64,000 bases of DNA from assembly GCF_018350175.1 (NCBI RefSeq), contig NC_058368.1, positions 20,710,001 through 20,774,000 of the forward strand, given 5' to 3'. Under the pieces are notes generated by a model that was not told the origin of the DNA, searched no databases, and saw nothing but the letters and a program-made list of their open reading frames with translations. Positions 1-11,145 of this stretch are shown here, one piece after another. Source of the DNA: Felis catus. Lineage: Eukaryota. Made by a program: the position numbers and the translations under genes. Position 1 is the stretch's first letter, and each line of letters begins with the position of its first letter.

Positions 1-1069
1 ATATTTGGGGCAAACTCATGAAGGGTGTTGCGTAGCGAGAAGGTGGGTGGAGGGGTGACCATATTTACATGCAGCTTCAGCTCCTGAGAGACGGCCCTGT
101 CTTTTAAACTAATTCCCCACATTCCTCTGGGCTGGGGATCCAAAGGGAGCATGCTGGGCTCCTCCTTATCTATGTGAGTTTTTAAAAGGGAGGAGAGTCT
201 GAAAGCTGCTCCCCAAGAATAAAGGTAACTTGCAGGCAGCATGTTTCTCACGGCCACAATCCTTATTTCTAGGAAGTTTCAAAGCCTCCTCAGACAATCA
301 TTCCAAAAGAAGAGCCACCCGCACTGCTGGCTTGTTGGTGTCCCTCCCTGTGGGCCTGCCTCATTCACCTCTAGATACTGCACCCTGTGGGAAAATTGAA
401 AGGAAGAGGGAGGAGCCCCGGGCGAACCTGTTAACATGGGGAGGACGTGCAGAGACAGAAAACTCCAAGGGGCCATTGACAGTTCTCACCTCTCCAACCT
501 AGGACCACAATTCTCTCGCCGTAATTTGGAGACTTGAGGGTATAAAGAACTCTGTGGAATATCAGCACTGCTATTTCGGTCTTCATTACCGAAGTGATTT
601 GGTTGAAGGGGGGGGGGCGGGGAAGGCGGGGTACAGGAAAACCCCAGGGTGTATGCTTTTAACTTTCTGGTTGCTAGTGGCTATATTTTCAGATGCTTAC
701 GTAGTCAAAGGGCAGCTGAGGAGGATCAAAGGCATCCTCTGTGTGTGTTAATGCCTGGGGGTATAGGTAGCAATCAGTAACTTAACAGAGTGCTGAACAA
801 AGTGCTCTTTATTCCTTCAGAGCATGTGATTCCTGCTCAAAACTCTGATAAGCAAAAGGCTCCCCCCCCCCCCACTCCCCAAATAGAAGGGAAAGAAGTG
901 CTTTCTTCGTTTCTGAGTTTGGTATTCTTTTTTTTTTTTTACACTTTGGTGTTTTGGGAGATTTTCCGTTTCTTTTCTCCGTTCAGTCAACCAGGGCTGA
1001 GTACCGGCCAGAGATATTTCTCATCTGATACAAATACCACGTACTTTAGTTACCAGAAACTGCCTCTGT

Positions 1070-1320
1070 TCTTTTCATCCCACAGCCTCCCTCTCACGCT
1101 CCTGTGCCTTCGCTCACACTGCTTTCCATTTGCCACCTTCCTGCGTTCTTTATGACTTGCCACCTCCAAGCTATGTACCCTCCCTGAATGGTGGAATTCT
1201 ATCCATTCTTCAAACTTAGTTCGAATGTCACCTCCTGCACAAAGCCTCCAGTGCCCCTTGCCAATCCTTTTGTCCCCAGGCAGAATTCATCATTCCCTTT
1301 TCCATCCCCCAAGAGTGTTC
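1070..1320 (+). mobile_element. L2 LINE fragment (ancient)
   Basis: ccattcttcaaacttagttcgaatgtcacctcctgcacaaagcct resembles the L2 3' region motif (tcaaatgtcacctcctc...aagcct); heavily diverged, boundaries approximate. Confidence 0.45.
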
Positions 1321-1402
1321 CTCGATCGTGTTTACACACGTGTGTGTAGACTTGAAATAGTTAAATAACACAACTTCAGCAATGCAGGAGAGAGATCATC
1401 AA

Positions 1403-1430
1403 CCCCCGCCCCCCACCCCCCCACCCCCCC
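1403..1430 (-). other. G-quadruplex-forming motif (G7-T-G7-T-G6-C-G5 on minus strand)
   Basis: Four C-runs of 5, 6, 7 and 7 separated by single bases on the plus strand. Confidence 0.7.
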
Positions 1431-1781
1431 AGGCCATTGCTGCCCTTGGGAGAATGAAGACAATGCAATGCTGGCTGTAATCAGAGAGTAAATGACTCCA
1501 AATGAGTGGAGGAAAGAGGAGACAGCCTTTCTAAATAGTTTTCTAAACAGAAACATTTTCAACTGCGGTCCCCAAATCAGAGTGGCCTAGGGATACTACT
1601 CTCCCCATCAGAGTGCAGAGAGATAAGACGTTTTGTAGCAATCCTTTTATAGAATCCATTTTGGAGGAGACTCAAGCCTCCTCCAAGTGTCTGCCTTTGC
1701 CCACACCTGTGCAGAATAAACTAGGAATGGAATTAGCTAAGTGTTATAGAAATATCGTCGTTAAAGAATCTAAGGCTTAGG

Positions 1782-1861
1782 GTAATGTTAGAACTTCTTA
1801 CATTTAGAACTGTTTAGAACTTCTTACAGTTAGAACTAACTGTAATGTTAGAACTTCTTAC
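1782..1861. repeat. Local direct and inverted micro-duplication cluster
   Basis: gtaatgttagaacttcttac at 1782-1801 and 1842-1861; a third partial copy in between; 10-bp inverted repeat at 1824-1845. Confidence 0.85.
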
Positions 1862-2871
1862 CATCGCAGAGAAGCAGAATTCTCTGTAGTTAGCAAAACT
1901 TCTCTGACAGTCACTTGTCTGACCAATCTGTCAGGTTAAGCTGGGGCATAGACCAAACTAGAAGAGAAAAAACAGCATCAGCAAATAACGCAAAACAGTA
2001 AAGCCAAATACAAGAATCCAGACAGGAACAGGGCACAAGTGTTTCACATGGTCATTCGTGGTGTAGATTTTATCAGTGCATCAGTGAACAGGGGCACTTG
2101 GTGAATCTAGACCACAGCGATCTCTGTGTAATTTGGAGGCCCCAGTGTGCGTACTGTGTGCAAGTTTATAGTAAGTAGAATAATATTGTTACATCTTGAC
2201 CCATTTGCTGCCCTACCCCGACCAGGCAAAGCTCGCTGACTGTTGGTGGTTTACTGACTTAGGGAAAGGAAGTGTTAACCAAAAGCAGAGAGAGGGGAGC
2301 CTCTTCTGGCTTGTGAGTTTCCGAAACCAGATAAAAGTTGAGATGATGAAAAGCAAAAACAAAGATTCCAACGTCCGGGAGAAAGATAAAGCTTTCCCAT
2401 GGCGAAGGAGAGGAATTGGAGGAGAAGCAAGGAGTGCTTAGCAAGGAGGTATCTTTTCTGCAAGTGGACTGAGACCCCAGAGCAAGTGGGGGACCCAGGG
2501 TCCCAGGATGCAGGAAGATTCCGGAGAAGGAATGACTGCGCGGTATGAGGGCTTTGACAGTTGCACGGAGTTCCCCGCATTCCAATGCAGACAGTGAGCA
2601 AAAGAATTATCCTGCTTATAAGTTCTGCCACGGCCTGGAAGTAGAGCTAGGACCTGGCCAGCCTCCAAGGGTTTTTCATGCCTTGGTGCAGTTTGGGAGT
2701 AGCCAATACTTCTCGTGAGCTCAAGAACCGCCCAGACAGCATAAAGAGACTCCGCGCTAGATGAGACCTTGTACACATGACTGATGGATGGTGACCATGT
2801 CAGTGGAAGCCAGCACAGAACATGATGATGAAGAACCAAGTGCTCCGTGGGAGCCCTGGCGTTGCACTGGA

Positions 2872-2890
2872 CCCCCCCCCCCCCCCCCCC
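2872..2890. repeat. Poly-C homopolymer (C19)
   Basis: Direct reading. Confidence 0.9.
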
Positions 2891-4094
2891 GCCCTGCTGC
2901 CCTGAACTTAAATGGAATCACAATTTGCCCAGGTTGCAATGTATGTCCCACTAGCTGAAAGGGGACTTAGGGTATAAAGTAATTAAAGATATAAAAAGTT
3001 TTGTGTTTTGCACCATTGAGTTTCTGACGAGGCTTGTGGTTTTTGTTTGTTTCTGTTTTTTTACAATCGCTTAATTCTTCATCTACCCACCTGATAGAGT
3101 GCGAACTTCTTAGTTCTTAGTCATGTGTTTCCCTAAGCTCAGATAGTGTGACCCAGAAGGGGGGGCCTTTGCTAAATGAGTTAAAGAATCCTCCCCATGA
3201 TAGGGGCAGTGATTTATCCTTACAATCCTTTTGCACCCCATGATATTCTGGCAGATTTGGGGACACAGAATCAGGGTCCAGTATGTGTTGAGTGAATGAG
3301 CAAATAATTTAAAAGAGAGAGAGAGAAAATATGTGGTGCCAAAGGGGTGTTCGGTGTCCTCAGCCCTTTTCAAAGGAAAGTGAATCTGCATCTCTGTCCC
3401 TTTTCCTTAGTTACATGACTAAAGATCTTTTCATATCTTTCCTTCCCTGGGAGTAAACAATTGTTGTCGAACTCAAGCCCCAACAAAACGCAAAAAAAAT
3501 GCTTTTTAAATACTACAAAGAAGAAACTAACACCTGCCTTTTTTCCATCTCCCATGCCTACTTCAAAATCTTTGATTCTGTTACTAAAATATAAAAACTT
3601 GCAAATTAAAAAAATGCCTGTTTAAGTGCTGCTCTGTGATTAAAGCCTTGAAAGTGTGCTACAAGGCCCCTGTGTCTGGAACCCTTATTATATTAGCATG
3701 GTTCAGAAAAGGATTAGATTTCTCTCAAGGTTGACTTTGGCTGAGTTTCCTCCCTCATGCCCTACTCCCCCAGTGACCCAGCTTCCTGCCCTGGACTCCA
3801 GGCTGGGATTCTTACTACAGAGCCCCAGTTTCCGGGGGGATGAATCTCCGCACACTTTGTAATGCCAACTGCTTCCCTTGGTTTGAATCCAGGTTCTAGG
3901 CCTACTGTCTGGGCCCAGCTTGGGGCCTGCATACTGGTGTCCCAGAACAACCGACTCCATCTACGATGCTCTATGGTCAGGTCTTACACCCTCTCAAGCC
4001 TGACCGTGTTCCAAGTCTGTTGCAAAACCTCTAATGGATCCCATTTTCAAGTGCAGAATTTCCCTGAGGCATGTCTGTGGCACACGTTGTTCAA

Positions 4095-4410
4095 TGCATC
4101 AGCCAGGATAAGCTAACTGCACTAACGACACATCCCAAATTTGTAGTGGCCGAACACAAAACGTTTACTTTTTGCTCACAACACCATTCAGTGCGGGTCT
4201 TCAGACACCTCACCGTTCAACCAGACGATGGTGGAAAAATAAGGACTGGACATGGGAGTCTTTTATGAGCAGGACGAGTAGTGGCACTCCTCACTTCTAC
4301 TCATGCTGCATTGACTGGAACTTGACTCCATAACCACCCTCAAATGGAAGGAGTATTAATCTGATCGCATGCTGACAAAGTAGAGGAGAGTCCATGTTGG
4401 TGAGTACTGG
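4095..4410 (-). mobile_element. MaLR solo LTR, MLT1J/K/L-like
   Basis: cccaaatttgtagtggccgaacacaaaacgtttact and cacttctactcatgctgcattgactggaacttgactccataaccacc resemble the old MLT1 LTR reverse complement. Confidence 0.6.
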
Positions 4411-4724
4411 TAAACCGAGGCGCTAAAGTTAAGTAGTTCCAAACGCTTTTAGGTTGAAAGTGTCGGTTGATGCATAAGACAACTTATCCCCTAACTAGAT
4501 AGATATGGACTCGTGATCTAACCTAACTCTTATTTGCAGTCTCGTTTTTCTCACTGTAAGAACAGAGAAAGGAGTGAGCATAGATCAGTCATAGCAATCA
4601 TATTAATCATCTTCAACTTCCAGTTTATGTACTTGATCTCAATTCCGTCACTTGCTTTGAAAGAATTTCAACGCGAGTTAACATTTTAGGTTTTAGATTT
4701 AAAAGCATATTAAACAGCATTTGT

Positions 4725-4943
4725 GGGGTGCCTGGCTGGCTTGCTTGGCTAAGCGTCCGACTCTTGATTTCAGCTCAGGTCATGATCTCATGGTTCCTGG
4801 GATCTAGCCCCATGTCAGGTGCCATGCTGACAGTATGGAGCCTGCTTGGGATTCTCTCTCTCCCTCTGTCTGTGCTCCTCCCTCACTCGTGCTCTCCCCC
4901 CCTCTCTCTTTCTCTCAAAGTAAATAAATAAACGTTAAGGAAA
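4725..4943 (+). mobile_element. CAN-SINE (SINEC, older feliform type)
   Basis: ggggtgcctgg tRNA-derived head, (CT)n tract, aaataaataaa tail; degenerate TSD taa(ac/gt)agcatttg at 4711-4723 and 4944-4956. Confidence 0.95.
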
Positions 4944-5520
4944 TAAGTAGCATTTGCCATTTATTAATGAATTTAATAAAAACCCAAACACGTGTTACAT
5001 CCTTATGGTACCTAATGGTTCGAAATTTGAGAATTTCAATATTTTAACTATAATTTGAATTAAGAAATGCTGACCAAAAACAGGATAAAGTCATGTCCCT
5101 TCCTAGTTTAGACTCATCCCACATTACCACTCTTCTTTTACTATCAAGCTGCATTTGATGACTAGGAGATTAAGCAAGGTACTGGACAGCATTGGGGAGA
5201 TCATGGCAGCACAAGTTCAAGGTGAATTTCCTTCTTTCATCTCACTGTAGTCCCTAGTTTCACAGTCAAGGACTCTTGGGAGAAGGCCACTGGAGCTCAC
5301 GAAGATCTTGTTCTAAAGATATATAACCCGTTGACCAGAAGCTGGTTTTCTCACGTCACCCCCCCTTCTCCAGGAAAGCATGCATAGATTTTCTACAGGT
5401 GATAGGAGTTCCAACTTTTGGTTAATAATGGTAATTCACAAAGCAGTCCAAGGACACCACAGCTTGGGACCACTGTGTATTGTTTTTGAAGCCAGATCCG
5501 TGGGTGTTGTCATGCTTAAT

Positions 5521-5522
<2 letters not shown>

Positions 5523-5554
<32 letters not shown>

Positions 5555-5744
5555 TGTTTATTTTTGAGAGAGACAGAGCGTGAGCAGGGGAAGGGCAGAG
5601 AGAGAGGGAGACACAGAATCCGAAGCAGGCTCCAGGCTCCGAGCCGGCCGCACAGAGCCTGACGTGGGGCTCGAGCCCACGAACCGCGAGATCATGACCT
5701 GAGCTGAAGTCGATGCTTAACTTACTGAGCCACCCAGGGGCCCC
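5523..5744 (-). mobile_element. CAN-SINE (SINEC_Fc-like)
   Basis: Long poly-T, gagagagggagacacagaatccgaagcaggctcc, ends gagccacccaggggcccc; TSD ca(tg/ca)cttaattct on both sides. Confidence 0.97.
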
Positions 5745-5914
5745 CACACTTAATTCTTAATTTGATGGAGATCACAGTCAGTCTAGTTTTCATCAAATAA
5801 TTTTATTTTATCGGATAACCATGTACTTAATTCCCAAGTCAGCCAGTCGGCTTTTAAATGTAGGCCTTAATCTGCAAGGGGTTTGTTTGTGTGTGAGAAT
5901 CATTTGTGGGGGGC

Positions 5915-6055
5915 AAATCTGAATTCTATATTTGACTTTTATTGTGCCCTGCAGCAAATTCATCCATTTGAGCCTCAGTGAGATGGAACTACTTAATAAC
6001 GTCCACACCAAAGGTTGCTGAGAGAATGGATGGAGAGCCTGTAAAGAACACCTGC
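5915..6055 (+). mobile_element. MIR fragment
   Basis: tttgagcctcagtgagatgg...ggttgctgagagaatggatggagagcctgtaaagaacacctg resembles the MIR core and 3' part. Confidence 0.45.
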
Positions 6056-6204
6056 TCTTTCCTCTTGAGCACAAATTCACCACTATTACAAGCAAAATTC
6101 CAACGAGTGGCAAGTCAGTGCCATGATCCTCATTGAAAAAGAATTAAACTTTTTTACCACAAGCCCGCGGTAGTCAGACAGCCTGATGGGGTAGATAAAG
6201 CACA

Positions 6205-6345
6205 GGAATAGGGGACAGAACCCCAGGGTTCTATACCAAACTTGGCTTCAATTCAATTGTGTGAGTTTGGGCAAGTCACTTTAGCTCCTCATTTGTAAAA
6301 TAAAGAACATAATCCCCGCTCCAGTCACCTCCCAGGGCTTCTCTA
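6205..6345 (+). mobile_element. MIR fragment
   Basis: tgtgtgagtttgggcaagtcactttagctcctcatttgtaaaat is the MIR core. Confidence 0.7.
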
Positions 6346-6460
6346 AGGCTCAGTGCTTGTAATTCTATCATTACTATCAATCGCTTCATGTTAAACTGGG
6401 TCCTTTGATGCAACTTTAAAAATCACCCAAACTTTTATGACAAGGGCCCAAGGGCCCTTG

Positions 6461-7002
6461 TTCATTCAACAAATGTTCATTCAACAAATATTTACTGCTG
6501 TGCTGGGCACCATTGAGGAGCTGGGATGCAGTGGTGGATGCAAGGTGGGTAGAAGGATATAAACAATAAGCCAGTAAAGAGATAAACTGGATGATTTGAA
6601 ATACTTATGGGTAGTTCAAAAACGAAGCAACCTGGGGGCACTTGGGTGGCTTGGTTGGTTAAGTGTCCAACTCTTGATTTCAGCTCAGGGCATGATCTTC
6701 ATGATTCATGAGTTTGAGCCCCATATCGGACTCTGTGCTGACAGCGCGGAGCCTGCTTGGGATTCTTTCTCTCTCTCTTTTCTCTCTCTCTCTGTCCCCC
6801 TGCTTTCTCTCCACCTCTCTCCCTCTCTCTGTGCCCCTCCGCTATTCACTTGCGCGTTCGTTCCCTCTTTCAAAATAAATAAATAAACTTTAAAAAACTA
6901 AACAGTGTGAAGAGTGAATATGGAGAAAATGGTCTGGCTTAAACTGGTTAGTTAAGGAAGACCTTTCTAAGGAGGTGACATTTGAGCCGAGATACAAAGG
7001 AC
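6461..7002 (-). mobile_element. L2 3' end, interrupted by a SINE
   Basis: ttcattcaacaaatatttact (reverse of the L2 tail; its first 14 bp are tandemly duplicated) and ggaagacctttctaaggaggtgacatttgagccgaga. Confidence 0.75.
6635..6897 (+). mobile_element. CAN-SINE with expanded CT tract
   Basis: ggggcacttgggtggc head, gagtttgagcccc B-box-like segment, CT-rich body, caaaataaataaataaac tail. Confidence 0.95.
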
Positions 7003-8414
7003 ATAGTCGGTTATTAGAACTTTATAAACAATAGAGTGACAGAAAGTGATTGTGCAAGCAAGTCTCCACAAATATTCGTTAAATTCTCTTCTTGGAAGTG
7101 GCCAGAGAAGCAGGGCGGGAAAGCGAAAGGAAGAAACAGACCAAGGAAAAGAAGGCAGAAGGGCCCCAGGGAGAAATCTTTCTCATCTCACAATTTGGCG
7201 ATTTACTACCTACATTTCTAGGATTGTCTGAGTTACGGTCCTTCTTTCTCTCTGCATCCAAATCTCCTAGTCCTTTTACTTGTCCTTTCTCAGTTTTCAT
7301 TTATTATAGCAAGACTATAATGACATTAAAAGAATTCTTAAAAATCACCCATAATTCTACCTCGCCACCACAGATGTTTCCATTTTTCTTATATTCCCTT
7401 CTAGTCTCTGACATGCCTCTGCGTGTGTTACGTGATTAGATGCAATCATGTAACCAAGGCTCTGACGGGTATGATTATCACGCACACTCTGAGAATCAGC
7501 CACCCCCTCGGGGCAAGGAGAAACTACTGCTAGTGGGGGTCAGCAATGTCCCAGAACCCTTGTGCCCGGGGGCCATCGTGTCTCAGGGAGGTTCCACCCT
7601 TCTCTGCCCCAGGGCGGGGCAGTGCCGAGCAAGCACTTGGTGTGGCCTCACCTTCCCTCCCGTGTGAGACCGGGCACCTCCAGTGGTGAACTGCGGGGCA
7701 AGCTTTGTCACTAAAATCCCCGTCTCTTCGTGTAACGCCTCGGCTACCAGGATAGGGGTGTTATCTTCCCTCCAGAGAGCCACAGGCCATGTTTGGGGTG
7801 TGAGAAGGAGACGAGTGTCGACATGACATTTTGCCTGTTGACAAAATTATCTTTCAGAGTCTGACTGCCATTTCTGCCCAAGCAGGCTCTGCAACTGCCA
7901 GTGACCAGTGAGCAGGGCGAGCTTTGTTTCAGAAAGGCTTCCTCCACCCCTCCCTTCCTTCCTCCGGGTCGTCTGTATGGTCAGGGGGGTGCTTTGCCCA
8001 AGACTGCCTGTTCCATCGTCTACCTGCCCCTGATCTACTAGCCAGGGGCACACTCACTGTGAAGCTGGGAGCTGGCGACCCAGGGCCCCCACATCTCCAG
8101 GGAACTTCCAAGGCCCCGAAGGAGGAAATGTCTTCACACGGTCATACGTTTTAGTACGATTTGCAAAGGGCGGGTATTTAAATTGCGATCAGTTAAGCCT
8201 GCTGTCTGTTTTCACTCTGTCTTTCCCTCCATCACACCTCTGCTGTGTTGAGCGGTGGTGGAGTGGCTGAGGACGTTTTTGGAAGCAGCTAAAGGGAAGC
8301 TGCCCCGGGGATTCATTTAGTTTGGGTTTGGTGAGGTATATTTACGTGACACACGGTCACTTCTCTGTGTAGTTATTGAGCTAGTACATTTCCTGTGTAG
8401 ACATATCCTCCAGG

Positions 8415-9149
8415 ATGGAACTTCGAATAGAAGTAATGGGCAGATACTTGGATTATTTGATAATCAGTTAATGAAGCGGAGTAAATCATTCACATGATTT
8501 CTCAGACACATTGAAAAGGTTTTCATTTCTTGCCTCTGTGACATAAAGATGGACACCGATGAGGAAATCAGGAAATACAGTCACCACTACGACAGGATGT
8601 ATGATACCCTGGTTAATGAATGTTATATTTAAAGAATATTTAGGCTTAGCCACTGCGCAAGAAAACTTGAAATGACCTTAAATCCTGCAGCTCACATGTG
8701 AAAGGAAGTCCACAGAGGTTTTCCCACATGTGGCAATTCTAAAAAAAAAAAAAGAAAAAAAAATGTAAAATATTCCCAATAAGTTGTGCAGCTGAAGTTT
8801 TCAACTAGAAAGGAGGGGCTGGAACGGAATCATCTTCCCATTCTCTATGTAGAAAATGCTATGACATTATCATTGTCATAGGAAAAGAAGATCAGTAAGC
8901 AGCCAAGAAAATGTGGGAAACATACAAAGATGTCAGGCTGTTAACTGATTAAAATACGTTTCTAGATTTTACCTGATTAAAATATATTTCATCGCCAGAT
9001 GTTTAAAGTTGTCGTCTGTGGCAATTTCGTTGCTCATTCTAGATAAATATTTCCACGCAAATTGCTATTCATAATTTTATAACTTTTTCTTAACGAGAGC
9101 CCTTTAACTGTGTACTTTTAAGACTCCACAAAGCTCAAATCCACCCCTG
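8415..9149 (+). mobile_element. hAT-Tip100 DNA transposon fossil (Zaphod-like), C-terminal transposase region and 3' terminus
   Basis: Decayed translation EVFPHVAIL...PISCAAEVF...NHLPILYVENAMTLSLS resembles the hAT dimerisation domain; ends ...ctccacaaagctcaaatccacccctg like the Zaphod terminus (from recall). Confidence 0.7.
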
Positions 9150-11039
9150 CAGCTGGCCCCTCGGGGAGCTGAGGGGAGATTCGGGTGTATCCGGTGTGGC
9201 CGAGAGGGTGCACACACCCCCTCGTACCTACACGCGTGCACCTTGCTCTACTCTCTCCCAGCTACTCCTCAGGTGGCCCCAGGGCTGCTGCTTCTGGAGC
9301 TACAAGCCTCACTGCCCATGTTCCCTGCACCCCATAAGGTCACCTCCTGTGGGAGGCTAGGGTGGGGTCGGGGGCACAGGGCAGGTGCTGGGTCTGTGAG
9401 TGGGAAAGAGTTCAGGTGCTCCGGGGCATGTGCATAGCCCTGCCTGTCCCCATAGATGGCACAGGGAAGAGCCTGGCCAAGCCCAGGACGTGTCTATGCA
9501 GCAGAAATTCTCCTGAATCCAATGGGACTCATATATTGATTTAATAAAGAGAGTGACTCAAGGAACCAGAGGTTGGGTACATTTATGGTAAATTTTACCC
9601 CTGAGGCCCCAGAGCCAGAACTTCCCTTGACTCTTCCTTTAAGTCCTTACTCCCCTCCCCTCCCCCACTCCTTTCCCCCTCACAGGCCACTGTCCAGAGC
9701 CACTAATTCAGATGGAGGAGGGGCTCGCCCTGACTCCTTCTCTACCACCTATCTTGCTTTTCCTTGCGTACAGCTCAAGTCAGTTTATTTAGGTTGGCCA
9801 GTAATACACGAAACACTTTTTTTTTTTTTTTAGCTTGAGGAGGGGACACTTTTTTCTAATGGGCACCGAAGCTCAGTCCTGGCCGTTCCTTCCAGAATGC
9901 AGGAAACCCCATAGATAGCACCCATGACAAATCTCTACACGCAGCCTCTTTGACTGCTATTGCCTCATCTGTAACAGGGGCTTAGTGATGGCATCCACTG
10001 TCCTCTTCCTCTCCTAGCCAGCAAGTCTGCACCCCCCATGCCAACCATCCCAGCCTAACCATGGCCTGGCCATCCCACTTTTCCACACTCCCTGCCATTC
10101 CCGATTTTCCCTAGACGTGTTTCCTTTCCACTAGTGTCTGTGAGACCGAACATTTCTCAGAGCTGACTCTGAGCAAGGATGACATCAGACTTCATGGCAG
10201 ATGCCTCAGAGATCACAAGCAAACGCAACAGGGGTCTCCTTAGACAAGGAGCATTATTTGGGTTCACACGCGAGCCTGTGGGCTGAAGAGGAAATCTCAA
10301 CATCCACAATGTTCCATGGAAGCAGTAAAAAAGGATCTGTAGGAAGAAAAACACACTTCTCTCCCCACAACTCTGGATCCTTCCCCCTTCAGATCTTGTT
10401 GTTGTTTTTGTTTGTTTGTTTGTTTTTTCAGCAAAAGAAAGATATATTAATGGTAGTGGACACCCAATAGTCGTGTGAATAGATAATTTGGGGAAACAGA
10501 GGCTTGTGGAAGTCTCTTCCATTCTAAGATGTTTCAGCTTACCTGAGCAGCACTTTAACTAGCATCATGAAGACTTTTATACAGGCAACATATTTTGATA
10601 CAGGAGAAGTGGCCAGTGATCCATGTTACTTTGTTTTCTCGGCGGCAATGTGAGAAGTTAGAACAAAACAATTTTTGAGATCCTTTCTAGGGCTAATGCT
10701 CTGTGATCTCATACGAATAATGTTAACATTATCTTGACATTTGGTTAACATTTGTCTTGTTTTATATATTTTTAAGTGCCTTGTAATCGAGTCGCCAGGC
10801 ATTGATTAACCACTAACAGGGCTGTATAACTCAGAAAAGCACTTTTCTGTAGGAAACAATTGTGTTCTTGAGAATGTGAATGAAATCTACATTTTGAAAA
10901 GGAATCAACATCCATTTTATATATACCATGGGGTTTTCTCCTTTCAAGAATCTCATGATGAAGCTTTTTGCAGAGCCCTATTTGTCTCGGATGTCAAATT
11001 CAATTTTCTTAAAGAAGGAGGTATGTTAATCCAGGGTGC

Positions 11040-11145
11040 TTTACATCTCATTTCCCCGGGCATGAAATTGAGGCACAGAGAGGTTAAATGGGGTTACTGA
11101 GAAGTCAGGGCAGCTCCAGGACCCTGGAGACTCTAGACCCACACC
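11040..11145 (-). mobile_element. MIR fragment
   Basis: gaaattgaggcacagagaggttaaatg is the MIR core. Confidence 0.65.

Noticed and set aside
1782..1861. CRISPR-like repeat-spacer pattern
   Set aside because: Only two full 20-bp copies, and the intervening sequence is derived from the repeat itself; eukaryotic context, no cas genes
2438..2839. 133-aa minus-strand ORF
   Set aside because: No recognisable domain, non-ATG start, overlapping ORFs in other frames; consistent with chance
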